From NCBI GenBank assembly GCA_963771885.1, contig CAVYVF010000002.1:192001-256000 (forward strand): a stretch of DNA of 64,000 nucleotides, written 5' to 3'. The stretch comes from Candidatus Bathyarchaeota archaeon. Lineage in GTDB: Archaea > Thermoproteota > Bathyarchaeia > TCS64. A program made the position numbers and the translations under genes. Each line of letters starts with the position of its first letter. The first letter of the stretch is position 1. Shown in pieces: positions 30,357 to 41,032 of this stretch. The notes under the pieces are model-generated. The model did not search any database and had not been told where the DNA came from. It was given only the letters and a program-made list of their open reading frames with translations.

Positions 30357-30484
30357 GTTTATCGTTTAGGAATACGAGGTTATATTGATATACCGAGATT
30401 CTTGGGTGAATGCTTTTTTAATGGTTGAATTCTACGCGCGAGCGAATAAAAACAGTATTTATACTGTTGAATGCGGTCAGAAGT

Positions 30485-30560
30485 TGGTAGCCCGGAAGAG
30501 ATTCGAACTCTTGTCAGAGGCTCCAGAGGCCCCGATCCTTGACCGCTAGACGACCGGGCT
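30485..30560 (-). tRNA. tRNA-Gln(CTG), CCA encoded
   Basis: AGCCCGG...GGGGC-CTCTGGA-GCCTC...AAGAG-TTCGAAT-CTCTT-CCGGGCT-ACCA. Confidence 0.95.
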
Positions 30561-30764
30561 ACTGCCGTTTCATAAACCCGGAGGGATAATATAAGAATAC
30601 CCCCATCTAACGCCACTTTCACATGCAGTGTACCCATCTATCAAAAAGGGCAAAACCTTAAATAATATCTTTTTAAGGATTTCTATGCCCCACGTGAACA
30701 GTTTTCGCATGCTTCCCGCAGGGCGGAGCATCTGCGATGGGCGCGAACAGAATGGTGATGCACA

Positions 30765-31694
30765 ATCAAGCGAGGGCATAAGAGCCACGTCGATGGCGAG
30801 GACCGCTGCCCCGAGTGCGGGAGCGGGAACATGATACACGACGACGACTCGGGCGAGGTAATATGCGGCACCTGCGGACTCGTCGTAAAGGAATCCATGA
30901 TAAACGACGGGCCCGAGTGGCGCGCCTTCACACCCGGGGAGAAAGAGAGCAGGAGCCGCGTCGGGGTCCCCCTCAGCTTCGCCGTACACGACAAGGGGCT
31001 AACGACAGTAATTGGCCGCGTAGGAAAGGACGCCTACGGGCGCAACATACCCCTCAACACAAAGCTCCAGATGCTCAGGCTCCGAAAGTGGCAGATTCGC
31101 TCACGCGTGCACAGCTCTACGGACAGAAACCTCGCCCAAGCTATGGCTGAACTCGACCGACTCTGCGATAAACTCCACATCCCAGCAACCATCAAGGAGA
31201 GGGCCGCCATCATATACAGGAAAGCACTCGACACGGGCTTAGTAAGGGGGCGAAGTATCTCCGCCATCGCCGCCGCTGCCCTCTACGCAGCCTGCAGAAT
31301 AACCCAGACCCCTAGGACGCTCCGCGAGATAGCCCGACAGAGCCCCATAGAGAAGAAAGACATAGCCCGCTGCTACCGCCTAATGCTAAAAGACCTAAAC
31401 ATACAGATGCCAAAACCCGACGCCCAGCTCAGAGTCCCCAAAATAGCTGCAAAGGTCGGCGTAGGCGAGAAGACCCAGCAGGCAGCAGTAGAGATACTCC
31501 GCCGAGCCGAGAAAGTCCGAACCACCGCCGGCAAGGACCCCATGGGCCTCGCTGCCGCAGCCCTCTACATAGCCTGCGTCATGAACAACGAGAAACGCAC
31601 CCAGAAGGTAATTGCAGACGCCGCAGGCGTCACAGAGGTCACAATACGTAACAGGTACAAGGGACTCAAAGACGCCCTAGGACTCGAAGTATAA
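30765..31694 (+). CDS. tfb: Transcription initiation factor IIB; Zn ribbon begins upstream of the first in-frame ATG
   Basis: CPECGS...CGTCG, GPEWRAF, GKDPMGLAAA, TEVTIRNRY. Confidence 0.95.
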   Translation: MKRGHKSHVDGEDRCPECGSGNMIHDDDSGEVICGTCGLVVKESMINDGPEWRAFTPGEKESRSRVGVPLSFAVHDKGLTTVIGRVGKDAYGRNIPLNTKLQMLRLRKWQIRSRVHSSTDRNLAQAMAELDRLCDKLHIPATIKERAAIIYRKALDTGLVRGRSISAIAAAALYAACRITQTPRTLREIARQSPIEKKDIARCYRLMLKDLNIQMPKPDAQLRVPKIAAKVGVGEKTQQAAVEILRRAEKVRTTAGKDPMGLAAAALYIACVMNNEKRTQKVIADAAGVTEVTIRNRYKGLKDALGLEV

Positions 31695-31795
31695 TCACCA
31701 CCGAGTGTCTACAACAATCGACACACGACGAAAACCCCAAATTTTCTCAAAGAACAATATATATCTCAGAGCACTAATCGCAAGGGAGACACCCT

Positions 31796-32920
31796 ATGTC
31801 GGCAAAGGCAAAGACCCTGATCCTGTGCATAGACCAGGACGACGACATAGGTAAAAAGGGTGGAGTCCAAACACCGGTCGTCGGCGCATCGGCAAACCGT
31901 GAGGCGGCGGCGACACTCGCAATCGCTGACCCGGAGGAAGCCGACTCAAACGCGATGTTCGGCGCAATAAAACTCTACAAGGAACTAATTGTAAAGTACC
32001 CAGACGAGGCCTTTGAGATCGCTACTATCGCTGGCTCCACCATGGGCGGCGTTGAGGCGGACCGCGTCATGGTCGAGGAGCTCAAGACTGTCCTGGCCTC
32101 CTTCGACGCGGATGGAATCATCCTCGTGACCGATGGATTCGCCGACGACGTCATGAAACCCATCCTCCAGAGCCGCGTCCCCGTGACGAGCGTACACCAC
32201 GTCATCGTCAAGCACAGTGAGAGAATAGAGGAGACCTACGCCGTCTTCGGCAAGTATCTGCGTATGATAATCGACGACCCCTATTACTCCCGCATTGCGC
32301 TAGGGGTCCCCGGAATACTACTACTCATCTATGGTTTCCTCATCGCCTCCAACCAGCTACAGAACGCTGGTGTCGCCGTCGTCTTCGTCCTCGGCGTCGT
32401 ATTCTTCCTAAAGGGCTTCGGCATCTATGACCGGATATTAACCTTCAAGCCCAAGCTACCGCCACCCGAGGAACAGCCGATGTACGTCGCACGCATCATA
32501 GGCGGGATACTGTCTATAATAGGAATATATCAGGGGCTCAGCTCAGCGATAGGCATCGTACCGACGCCGGTCCTACTCGGCGATATTGGCTGGTGGGCGG
32601 GTATGCTGCCCGTGTTCATTTCAGAGTTCACCCTAAAGGGCATCGACCTGTTAATGCTCGGCTTCGGCGTTTACCTTATCGGCGGTGCCATCTTCCACTA
32701 CCTCGCTAAGGACGAACTAATAGGACAGAGCATCGTCAGCCTCAACCTCGCCTTCTGGGTTTGGTTGATTTTGAGAGAATCAGCGGAGATACTAAAGAAC
32801 CCACAGATAGAGATTACATTCTGGTCGCCACTAATCTTCTACACCTTCGCAAGCATACTCACCACAGTTATACTCGTATTCATAACTTACAGACGGTACA
32901 AACGACTACCATTTACATAG
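31796..32920 (+). CDS. DUF373-family membrane protein
   Basis: LCIDQDDDIG, DPEEADSN, VTDG..D. Confidence 0.85.
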   Translation: MSAKAKTLILCIDQDDDIGKKGGVQTPVVGASANREAAATLAIADPEEADSNAMFGAIKLYKELIVKYPDEAFEIATIAGSTMGGVEADRVMVEELKTVLASFDADGIILVTDGFADDVMKPILQSRVPVTSVHHVIVKHSERIEETYAVFGKYLRMIIDDPYYSRIALGVPGILLLIYGFLIASNQLQNAGVAVVFVLGVVFFLKGFGIYDRILTFKPKLPPPEEQPMYVARIIGGILSIIGIYQGLSSAIGIVPTPVLLGDIGWWAGMLPVFISEFTLKGIDLLMLGFGVYLIGGAIFHYLAKDELIGQSIVSLNLAFWVWLILRESAEILKNPQIEITFWSPLIFYTFASILTTVILVFITYRRYKRLPFT

Positions 32921-32973
32921 GCGGATAATTTAGTCAAGGTTTAAACGGGGTCACCACTCCCCTACTGTGAAGA

Positions 32974-33759
32974 ATGATGCTCAAGGACCTACTCACAGCC
33001 ATAGGCGTGTACCAGGTCTACGGGCGCTGGCTAAAGATGCAGCTAAATGAAGCTGATATGCCGCGCCATGTCGGCATCATCCTAGACGGCAACAGACGAT
33101 GGGCGCGCGGCCAGAACATGAGCCCATGGGAGGGACACTGGGCGGGCGGAGATCACGTAAAAGAGTTCCTAGAGTGGTGCCTCAACCTCAACATAAACAC
33201 TATAACCCTCTACGCCTTCTCCACCGAGAACTTCAAACGCGACTCGAAGGAAGTCGAGGAGCTCATGAAAGTCTACGAGAAGGCACTCCACGACGTGCTA
33301 GCCTCAGATGTAATCGAAAAGTATAGCGTCCGCGTCACCGCCATAGGGCGCAGGAACCTCCTACCCGAGAACATCCAGAGCCTCATCGGTGAGGTCGAGG
33401 AGCGCACAATAGCGAATGACAAGTTCTACCTCAACGTCGCCCTCGCCTACGGCGGGCGCGCAGAGATAGTCGACGCTACCCGGGAACTAGCCGAGCTTGT
33501 CAAGCAGGGGAAACTCGAACCCGGAGAGATAAACGAGGATCTAATCGGGAAACACCTCTACACCAAACACCTCCCCCAGCAGGAGCCCGACCTAATAATC
33601 AGAACCGGCAACGAGTCCCGCCTCAGCAACTTCCTCCTCTGGCAGGCTGCATACAGTGAGCTATTCATCGTCGACGTCTACTGGCCCGACTTCAGGGAGA
33701 TCGACCTACAGAGGGTAATAAGGGACTACCAGAGGCGAAACAGGCGATACGGGAAATAG
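32974..33759 (+). CDS. uppS: cis-prenyltransferase
   Basis: HVGIILDGNRRWA, YAFSTENF, DLIIRT, RLSNFLLWQ. Confidence 0.95.
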   Translation: MMLKDLLTAIGVYQVYGRWLKMQLNEADMPRHVGIILDGNRRWARGQNMSPWEGHWAGGDHVKEFLEWCLNLNINTITLYAFSTENFKRDSKEVEELMKVYEKALHDVLASDVIEKYSVRVTAIGRRNLLPENIQSLIGEVEERTIANDKFYLNVALAYGGRAEIVDATRELAELVKQGKLEPGEINEDLIGKHLYTKHLPQQEPDLIIRTGNESRLSNFLLWQAAYSELFIVDVYWPDFREIDLQRVIRDYQRRNRRYGK

Positions 33760-34830
33760 CTAGAAGATAGCATTCTCGATATCCCTTGGGAACTTCGTGA
33801 GTCTCTTGGCACCGCTCTCGGTTATCTGCACAGAGTCCTCTATCCTCACGCCGCCATATCCGCGAATGTAGACGCCCGGCTCGTCCGACACGACGTTACC
33901 CTCGACAAGCTTCCCCGTACCCCTCTGGCTCACCGATGGAGGCTCATGTATCTCAAGCCCAATACCGTGCCCAAGAGAGTGGATATAGTTGGCGCCGAAA
34001 CCCGCCTCCTCGATGACCTTCCGGGAGACTGAGTCAACATCCTTGCAGCCAGCCCCAGGTTTCATCACGGAGAACGCCTCATCGTGTGAGCGTAGAACCG
34101 TATCATACAGCCTCCGCTTCTTCTCGTCGGGTCTCCCCGCGATGAACGTCCTCGTGATGTCAGAACAGTAACCCCTGTAACACGCGCCAATATCGACCAC
34201 TATCATGTCACCTTTCACAATCTTTCTCTCGGTGCTTGACGCATGAGGGTAGGCAGATCGAGGACCCGAACCCACAGTAAACTCAAACGCGTGCGCCTCA
34301 GCACCCTCCCTCATCATCGCATAACTCGCCTCAGCAGCCAGTTGGTTCTCCGTGACGCCGACGGCAAGTTTCTCCCCCAGCGACTCCATAGCAGCATCTG
34401 CGAGCCTCCCAGCCTCAGCCATCAACTTCAACTCACCCGAGTCCTTCACACTCCTCTGCTCCCACACAACATCCTGATCTTGTCTAAAAACAATCTCAGG
34501 GAGCCTAAGCTCGACACGATCAAGAAATGCAATTGGGAGTTCGTCGAAGCCCACGACGGATGCGTGACTCCCCCTCAACAACTCAGCCAACCTGTTGAGA
34601 AGGCAGGAAGCCGTGAACGTCTCAACCGTGCAGTCCCCCACCGTATCCCGCGTAACATTCTCATCGAGGGAGGAGACAAGTAACAAGGGATCGATGTCAC
34701 TCGCCACGACGAGATAACTTCCCCCTATACTACCCGTATAATACCTGACATTCGGAGACCTCGCCGCCACAAATGCATCGAGCCCGTGTTCGCCTAGTTT
34801 ATCTGCTAGTTTGACGATCCTGCTGGGCAT
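33760..34830 (-). CDS. M24 Xaa-Pro aminopeptidase
   Basis: YCSDITRT, HSLGHGIGLEIHE, EPGVY, GVRIED. Confidence 0.92.
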   Translation of the reverse strand: MPSRIVKLADKLGEHGLDAFVAARSPNVRYYTGSIGGSYLVVASDIDPLLLVSSLDENVTRDTVGDCTVETFTASCLLNRLAELLRGSHASVVGFDELPIAFLDRVELRLPEIVFRQDQDVVWEQRSVKDSGELKLMAEAGRLADAAMESLGEKLAVGVTENQLAAEASYAMMREGAEAHAFEFTVGSGPRSAYPHASSTERKIVKGDMIVVDIGACYRGYCSDITRTFIAGRPDEKKRRLYDTVLRSHDEAFSVMKPGAGCKDVDSVSRKVIEEAGFGANYIHSLGHGIGLEIHEPPSVSQRGTGKLVEGNVVSDEPGVYIRGYGGVRIEDSVQITESGAKRLTKFPRDIENAIF

Positions 34831-35083
34831 ATCTATTCTCTGGTAGGGAAGGTTTAAAAAAGCGACGAAGCATATGATGTTCTCATCTGATGAGAGTAAC
34901 CTCCACGGGAGACGATGAACATCAACCATAATCCAACAATAATACGTAATAATACTGCACAAAATAGGCTCATCCCGAACATCAGACTTGAATTATTCAC
35001 AGGATTATGGCAATACAACAAGTCACCCGGGAACAGTTGCCCAGTCAGATGAGGGATCAGTTTACCAATAGAGGGGAAGGAAC

Positions 35084-38000
35084 ACGGTATACATTAGTAA
35101 GATACTGGTCAAGAACTTCAAGTCGTTCGGTGGCCAGATCAAGCTTAACTTCCAACCCGGGTTCAACGTCATAACCGGTCCCAACGGTAGCGGAAAGAGC
35201 AACATCATCGACGCCGTCCAGTTCGTCCTCGGCGAACTCGCCTCGAAAAGGATGAGGGTACCCGACTTCTCCGGACTCATCTACGACGGCGCAGGCGAAG
35301 AGGACCAGAACAAGCCACAGGTCTCCCAGGTCACTATCTACTTTGATAACGCGGATAGGGGGCTAGCCTCCGACAGGAGTCAGGTCAGCATTGGTAGAAA
35401 GGTCGACCGAGAGGGCAAGAGTGACTACTTCCTCAACGGGAAGCGGACGAGCCGCAAGGCGGTGCTTGACCTACTCCACTTAGCCGGTATCACTCCTGGC
35501 GGCTACAACATCGTCCTCCAAGGCACTGCAACTCGGCTGAGCGACCTGTCTCCCAGCGAGCGCATGGACGCCCTCGAGGATCTCATCGGCATAAAGGAGT
35601 ACGATGAGAAGAAAGCCGAGGCTAAGGGCAAGCTTACTGAGGCGGAGAGAAAGATCGAGGTCTCCGCGGCCCGCATCGACGAGGTTAGGAAGAGGGTCAC
35701 CGAGCTTGAGCGCCAGAGGAATGACGCCCTCAGGTTCAACCACCTAACCCGCGAGGAGAAGCGTCTCACTGCCCAGAAGCTCAGCTTCCAGATCAACCAG
35801 CTCGAGGAGAAGCTCGGCGTCCTCATGGCACAAATGAGGGAGCGCGAGACGGAGGCAGCAAAGCTTGAGGAGGAAAAGACCCAACTCAGAGAGGAGAGGG
35901 AGGCCGCCCGCAACAGGATAGAGGAATTCAACCGCGAAGCCTCCGAACGCGGCAACACGCGCCTCCCTATGTTGAGATCGAACCTCGTAAGCCGACAGAC
36001 ACTCAGGACGGGGCTCACGAACCGCCTCAAGCAGATCGAGACTCGCAACTCACAGCTCGCCAACCTCATCGCCCAGAAGGAGCACGAGCTAAAGGTCAGC
36101 GAGGAGGAGATCGAGGAGAGGAAGAAGAGCCTAGAATCCCTCAAGGCGTCCGAGGCGCAGATAATCGAGCAACTCGCCCCAAATAGACGCGAGCTAGAAG
36201 GATACGCGGGTATAATCAACAATGCCCGCCAATCCGCAGGAGAAAACCAGAGGCAATACGAGAAGCTCACGGAAGGCACGATGCCGATGCAGGAGAGCCT
36301 GAGCGGCATAGAGATTGAAATCAACAGTGTAAGAAGCAGCATCGCGACGATGGGGGACAAGGTTTCAGGTCTCGAGGAACGCAAGGTCGATTTCCAGAAG
36401 ACCATCGAGAGTCTCAACGCAAAGCTCGGGGAATACGCCTCACTCAAAGCCCAGGAGGCGAAGCGCCTCGAGGACATGCTGGGCAACATCGAGGGTCAGA
36501 TAAAGCGCCAGCGAGACCTCCGCAGCACGATCGAGAAGGCGAACGACCTCGCAAAGGAAGTCGAGACCACACTCACTGAGTTCTCGGCAAAGCGCGACCT
36601 CTGGCGCCACGTGATTGTAGAGGAGCGCGCCCTTGAGAGGATCAGGGAGATCGGAGAGGCCGGCGCACTCAATGGCTACCACGGTATGCTGCGCAGGCTG
36701 ATAAAGGTCGATCTACCAAACCAGCGCGCTGTTTACTCCGCTGCCGAGACTTGGATCAACGCAGTAGTCGTCGACGATACAGCGACCGTACTTGATTGCA
36801 TCGATAGGCTCAAGAAGACAAAGTTCGGCGTCTGCAAGTTCATAGCGCTTGACCAACTCGGCGCCCCCGAGCCGCTCCCAGCAATAAACGAAGGGGGGAT
36901 CATCGGTCCAGTTTCAGACTTGATCCGCTGCGACGATGTTTACGCTCCCGTCGTCCACCTCATCTGGGGTGACACATACCTAGTAAAGGACGACTCCGCG
37001 GCGCTCAAAGTTGTCGCACAAGGTCATAGAGCAGTAACCACCGCTGGTGACGTATACGAAGCGGGCGGCGGCTTTAAGGGAGGCTTCTACAGGAGGCCCC
37101 CCGACTACGCCAAGCTCATCCCCACAGAAGAGTCCATCGACAACCTCAGCAAGACCATCAAGGATCTCCGTGAGCGTTTGAAGACCCGGATGACGGAGCT
37201 AAAGTCTAGCGGCGGTAGCCTCCGCGGCTTCAACGCCTTCATGGACGGCTCCAAGGAGACCATGACGAAGATAGACGCTGAGGTCGTGGAGACGAATCTG
37301 AGGATCGAGCGCATCCAGAAGAACATAGAGCAGGCTGAAGAGTCTATAACCAAGTACCGCGCCGAGGCAGAACGCCAGAAGGGTCTCATCACGTCACTCG
37401 ACGATAGGAAGCAGCACATTACTCAGCAAATCGAGGAGACAAAGAAGGAGATCGCCAAGCTCAGGGAGTTCAAGCCCAGCGACGTCACCGACCTAGAGAT
37501 AAAGAGCGCCGCTCTCCGCAAGTTCGTTTCGGAGCAGCAGGAGCAGCTAAACAAAGTCCAGAACGAGATCGCCGTCCAGAAGAGCTATATCGAGCGCATA
37601 TTGAGTCTCCGCCTCACCGAGGCATCCGAGCAGAGGCGCAGGATGCTCGAGGAGGTCAAGTCACTCGAGGACGAGCAGATAACCTCTAACCAGCGCCTCA
37701 TCGAGTCCGGCAGGGAGATCGAGACTCTGGAGCGCGACCTCGACACCATCTCCACCGAGGTAGAGGCGACCAGCAAAGTTCTCGACCAGCACCAGAAGAC
37801 ACTCCGCATGGTCAACCAGCGCATAGAGGACCTTGAGAGGCGGCGCGAGGCCGAGGATAAAAGAATTAACCAACTCAGCCTCGACATAGAGCGCCTCAAG
37901 CTGCAGAGCGAGCAGCGACTCGACGAACTCGCCGCGAACGGCTACGAGGACAAAATAGACATCGCCGGTGTGGAGCTAGAGCGGGTCGAGGGACGCCTGC

Positions 38001-38650
38001 AACTCGTCCGCCAGGAAAAGAACGGCCTCGGCGCCGTCAACCAGCTCGCACTCGACCACTACGACGAGTACATGAATAACTACAAGAGCCAGAGCACTAG
38101 GATCAACGAGCTCGAGGAAGAGAAGGCGGGTATCCTCAAGTTCATCGAGCAGGTGGAGAAGGACAAGACCGCCCACTTCATGGCCGCATTCAACGAGGTG
38201 TGCGAAAACTTCAGCCACCTCTTCAGCCGCGTCACGGGCGGCGGCGATGGTAGGCTCGAGCTCCAGAAGCCCGAGGACCCATTCAGTGGAGGCGTAGACC
38301 TCTACCTGCAGTTCCCAGGTAAGCCCATGAGGCTTGGCAGCGGCGCTTCAGGCGGCGAGCGCTCAGTCGCAGCTATTGCCTACCTCCTAGCAATCCAGAG
38401 ATTCCTCAAAGCCCCCTTCTACCTCTTCGATGAGATAGATGCCCACCTCGACGACCTCAACACGAGCAGACTCGCCGAAGTCCTCAAGGACACAAGCAAC
38501 GAAGCACAGTTCCTCATGGTCAGCCTCAAGGACGTGATGGTTCACAAGGCGGACCGCATCTACGGCGTATTCGCACAGGGTGGGAAGAGCCGCGTCCTCG
38601 CCCTCCCCATGAAGGGGCTGCAAAAGGTCGAGGAGACGACTCCGCCTTGA
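35084..38650 (+). CDS. smc: Chromosome segregation protein SMC (inferred ACG start)
   Basis: xVYISKILVKNFKSF, GPNGSGKSN Walker A upstream of the first ATG, coiled coils and hinge, SGGE, LFDEIDAHLD. Confidence 0.95.
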   Translation, partial: TVYISKILVKNFKSFGGQIKLNFQPGFNVITGPNGSGKSNIIDAVQFVLGELASKRMRVPDFSGLIYDGAGEEDQNKPQVSQVTIYFDNADRGLASDRSQVSIGRKVDREGKSDYFLNGKRTSRKAVLDLLHLAGITPGGYNIVLQGTATRLSDLSPSERMDALEDLIGIKEYDEKKAEAKGKLTEAERKIEVSAARIDEVRKRVTELERQRNDALRFNHLTREEKRLTAQKLSFQINQLEEKLGVLMAQMRERETEAAKLEEEKTQLREEREAARNRIEEFNREASERGNTRLPMLRSNLVSRQTLRTGLTNRLKQIETRNSQLANLIAQKEHELKVSEEEIEERKKSLESLKASEAQIIEQLAPNRRELEGYAGIINNARQSAGENQRQYEKLTEGTMPMQESLSGIEIEINSVRSSIATMGDKVSGLEERKVDFQKTIESLNAKLGEYASLKAQEAKRLEDMLGNIEGQIKRQRDLRSTIEKANDLAKEVETTLTEFSAKRDLWRHVIVEERALERIREIGEAGALNGYHGMLRRLIKVDLPNQRAVYSAAETWINAVVVDDTATVLDCIDRLKKTKFGVCKFIALDQLGAPEPLPAINEGGIIGPVSDLIRCDDVYAPVVHLIWGDTYLVKDDSAALKVVAQGHRAVTTAGDVYEAGGGFKGGFYRRPPDYAKLIPTEESIDNLSKTIKDLRERLKTRMTELKSSGGSLRGFNAFMDGSKETMTKIDAEVVETNLRIERIQKNIEQAEESITKYRAEAERQKGLITSLDDRKQHITQQIEETKKEIAKLREFKPSDVTDLEIKSAALRKFVSEQQEQLNKVQNEIAVQKSYIERILSLRLTEASEQRRRMLEEVKSLEDEQITSNQRLIESGREIETLERDLDTISTEVEATSKVLDQHQKTLRMVNQRIEDLERRREAEDKRINQLSLDIERLKLQSEQRLDELAANGYEDKIDIAGVELERVEGRLQLVRQEKNGLGAVNQLALDHYDEYMNNYKSQSTRINELEEEKAGILKFIEQVEKDKTAHFMAAFNEVCENFSHLFSRVTGGGDGRLELQKPEDPFSGGVDLYLQFPGKPMRLGSGASGGERSVAAIAYLLAIQRFLKAPFYLFDEIDAHLDDLNTSRLAEVLKDTSNEAQFLMVSLKDVMVHKADRIYGVFAQGGKSRVLALPMKGLQKVEETTPP

Positions 38651-39309
38651 CCGAGAGAAAGGAGAAGCCCTATTACCTCCGCCAGCCCTGGGACATACTT
38701 TTCAGGGAGAACAAGCTTGAGAAAATAAGCCCCTGGGACATAAACCTCGTCACACTCCTCACCAGCCTTCTAGAGGAGATGGAACGCGTTGGCATCGACT
38801 ACAGGATAGCGGGCACAGCTGTGAATAGTAGCGTCTACATTTACCTGAAGAAGGCGGAGATGCTCCTCGCAATGGAGGAGCCCCCCGCTCCGCCGATGGA
38901 ACATGGAGATGTCTATCTACCTCCACCGGTGCCGCTTCCCTTCAGGTTCGAGTTCACAACGACCTCAGTGCAGGACCTCATCAATGCGCTTGAGCGCGCC
39001 CTTCAAGAAGAGAGCAGCCGCGGTGAAGTTCCACGCCTTCCGACGCTGCCAATACCGATCCCCAACTTCCTCGACTTCGAGACCTACCTCCTCGAAGTGG
39101 AGGCTCGGAGTGACGAGCTGCTGGAGAAGATGAAGGCGTCGAATGAGACCGAAAACCGCCTGAGCAAGATGATAGCTGGCTTGGGTTGGCTCGAAGCGGT
39201 GAGGTTATTCATGATGCTCCTCTTCCTCGCACAGAGGATGGAGATAGACCTCGACCAGGACGAGGATGAGACGGATGTAACGGTGAGGGTGAGGGTGAAG
39301 AATCTTTGA
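38647..39309 (+). CDS. scpA: Segregation/condensation protein A
   Basis: PWDINL, FMMLLFLA; follows smc. Confidence 0.85.
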   Translation: MTERKEKPYYLRQPWDILFRENKLEKISPWDINLVTLLTSLLEEMERVGIDYRIAGTAVNSSVYIYLKKAEMLLAMEEPPAPPMEHGDVYLPPPVPLPFRFEFTTTSVQDLINALERALQEESSRGEVPRLPTLPIPIPNFLDFETYLLEVEARSDELLEKMKASNETENRLSKMIAGLGWLEAVRLFMMLLFLAQRMEIDLDQDEDETDVTVRVRVKNL

Positions 39310-39860
39310 TGTCGGTATCGGAAAAGCGGCAAGTCAAACTGACTGAGCTCGAGGCGGCGCTCTACTCTGCTGGACACCCGCTCGACATGGAGGAGCTTAT
39401 GCAGGCGCTCGGGAGCAGGTCTGAGAAGATGGTGCTACGCTACGTCGAGGAGCTCGCTAAGAAGCTCGACGCACGCGGCGGCGCGCTCGAAGTGAAGAGC
39501 CTCCCCGGCAACAGGGTCGTCATGCAGCTCCGCCCGGAGTACGGGAAGATGGTGCGCCAGTTTACGAACCGGCCTCTCCTCACTGTCGGTCCCCTAAAGA
39601 CCCTCGGGTACATCGCTTACAACCAACCGATCGAGCAGGCGCAGGTCCTCGACTACCGCGGCGTCCACGTCTACACTCAACTGAAGCTGCTGGAGGATAT
39701 GGCACTGATATCTAGGGAGCGCATGGAGAAGGGGGTCATCATAAAGACGACGCCCTTCTTCGCCGACTACTTTGACCTCAGCCCAGACCCGGGGAGGAGT
39801 AGGCTCCAGATAATCGAGCTTTTCAGTAGCCTGCACCCGGAGCTCGTGGCGAGGGGCTAG
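39306..39860 (+). CDS. scpB: Segregation/condensation protein B
   Basis: LEAALYS, LKTLGYIAYNQPI, TTPFFADYF. Confidence 0.92.
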   Translation: MMSVSEKRQVKLTELEAALYSAGHPLDMEELMQALGSRSEKMVLRYVEELAKKLDARGGALEVKSLPGNRVVMQLRPEYGKMVRQFTNRPLLTVGPLKTLGYIAYNQPIEQAQVLDYRGVHVYTQLKLLEDMALISRERMEKGVIIKTTPFFADYFDLSPDPGRSRLQIIELFSSLHPELVARG

Positions 39861-40883
39861 CAGACGCGGGGAATCGGCTCCCCTATCGGCTTTCGGAGTA
39901 TCCTAGTGCCGCCGACCTGCGTCTTCATGAGAACCATGCCGGGGCGCTCGGCTTTGACCTCGCCGATGATTGCGGCATCAACTCCATATTTTGTAGCCTT
40001 AATTGCATCTAGTGCTGCGTCCGCCTTCTCAGGGGCGACGCAGATGACCGCTTTGCCCTCGCATGTGACCTCGTAGGGATCGAGGCCCAGCATATCGCAG
40101 GCGGAGCGGACCGCCTTCTTAACGGGAACCTTACCGTCTTCGAGCCATATGCTCACCTTCGACTTCTCCGCGAACTCGTTGAGGGCAGCAGTAAGGCCCC
40201 CCCTCGTGGCGTCCTTCATCGAGTGGATGCCTCCTACATCTAGAGCGGCGCTGATGGTCTCGACAGATCGGGGAGACGTCTGAGATAAGCTCCGTCTTGA
40301 AGCTGAGCCCACTACGGACGCTCATGAGTGCCGTACCGTGATCTCCAACGGTTCCCGTCACGATGACCCTGTCTCCTGGCTTGGCTTGACTGTCGAGTAT
40401 CCGAGGCCCGTGGAGCACTCCCACGCCCGTTGTGGATATGACGACCCCATCGAGCGAGCCAGCGGGCATAACCTTGAAGTCACCACTAATTATCGCTACG
40501 CCAGCCTCCTCAGCGGCGGCATTCATCGACGCGACGAGCTTCTTCAGGTCGGCGATGGAGTAGCCCTCCTCGACGATTATAGCATCGAGTATGGCGACGG
40601 GGTTCGCACCCATAACAGCTGTGTCGTTTACCGCGCCGCAGACGGCGAGCTTACCCAGGTCCCCGCCAGGGAAGAAGATGGGGTCGACCGTGTGTCCGTC
40701 CATGGTAAGTATGACCTCCTCACCGCCGATCCTGATTGAGGCCCCATCATCAAGTGCGTCGAGAGGGACGCCGTTGAGCGCCTGTCTCCTCGTGAAGCCC
40801 TTGAGGAACAACTCCTTGATGATAGCGTCCATCGCGGTACCGCCGGCGCCGTGGCTGAGCTTTACGAACTCGTCATTCGCCAA
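39857..40883 (-). CDS. hypE: Hydrogenase maturation protein HypE, frameshift near 40265
   Basis: LSHGAGG, DPIFFPGGDLG.LAV.G.VND, MKDATRGG, C-terminal PRVC. Confidence 0.9.
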
Positions 40884-41032
40884 ACCGATTCTCAGCCATA
40901 TGTTACGCGATGAGAGATATATCTATCCAAAAACGTGTCAATTCAGCAGCATTAAAGCCCCGAAAACCACACCTTTTTTATACCCCGCTCTCAACTACGG
41001 CTATAGCAACTCGGCTCAAATAGGAGGAGCAG

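Noticed and set aside
35503..36489. Long antisense ORFs opposite smc and other GC-rich genes
   Set aside because: Shadow ORFs caused by codon bias; no recognisable motifs
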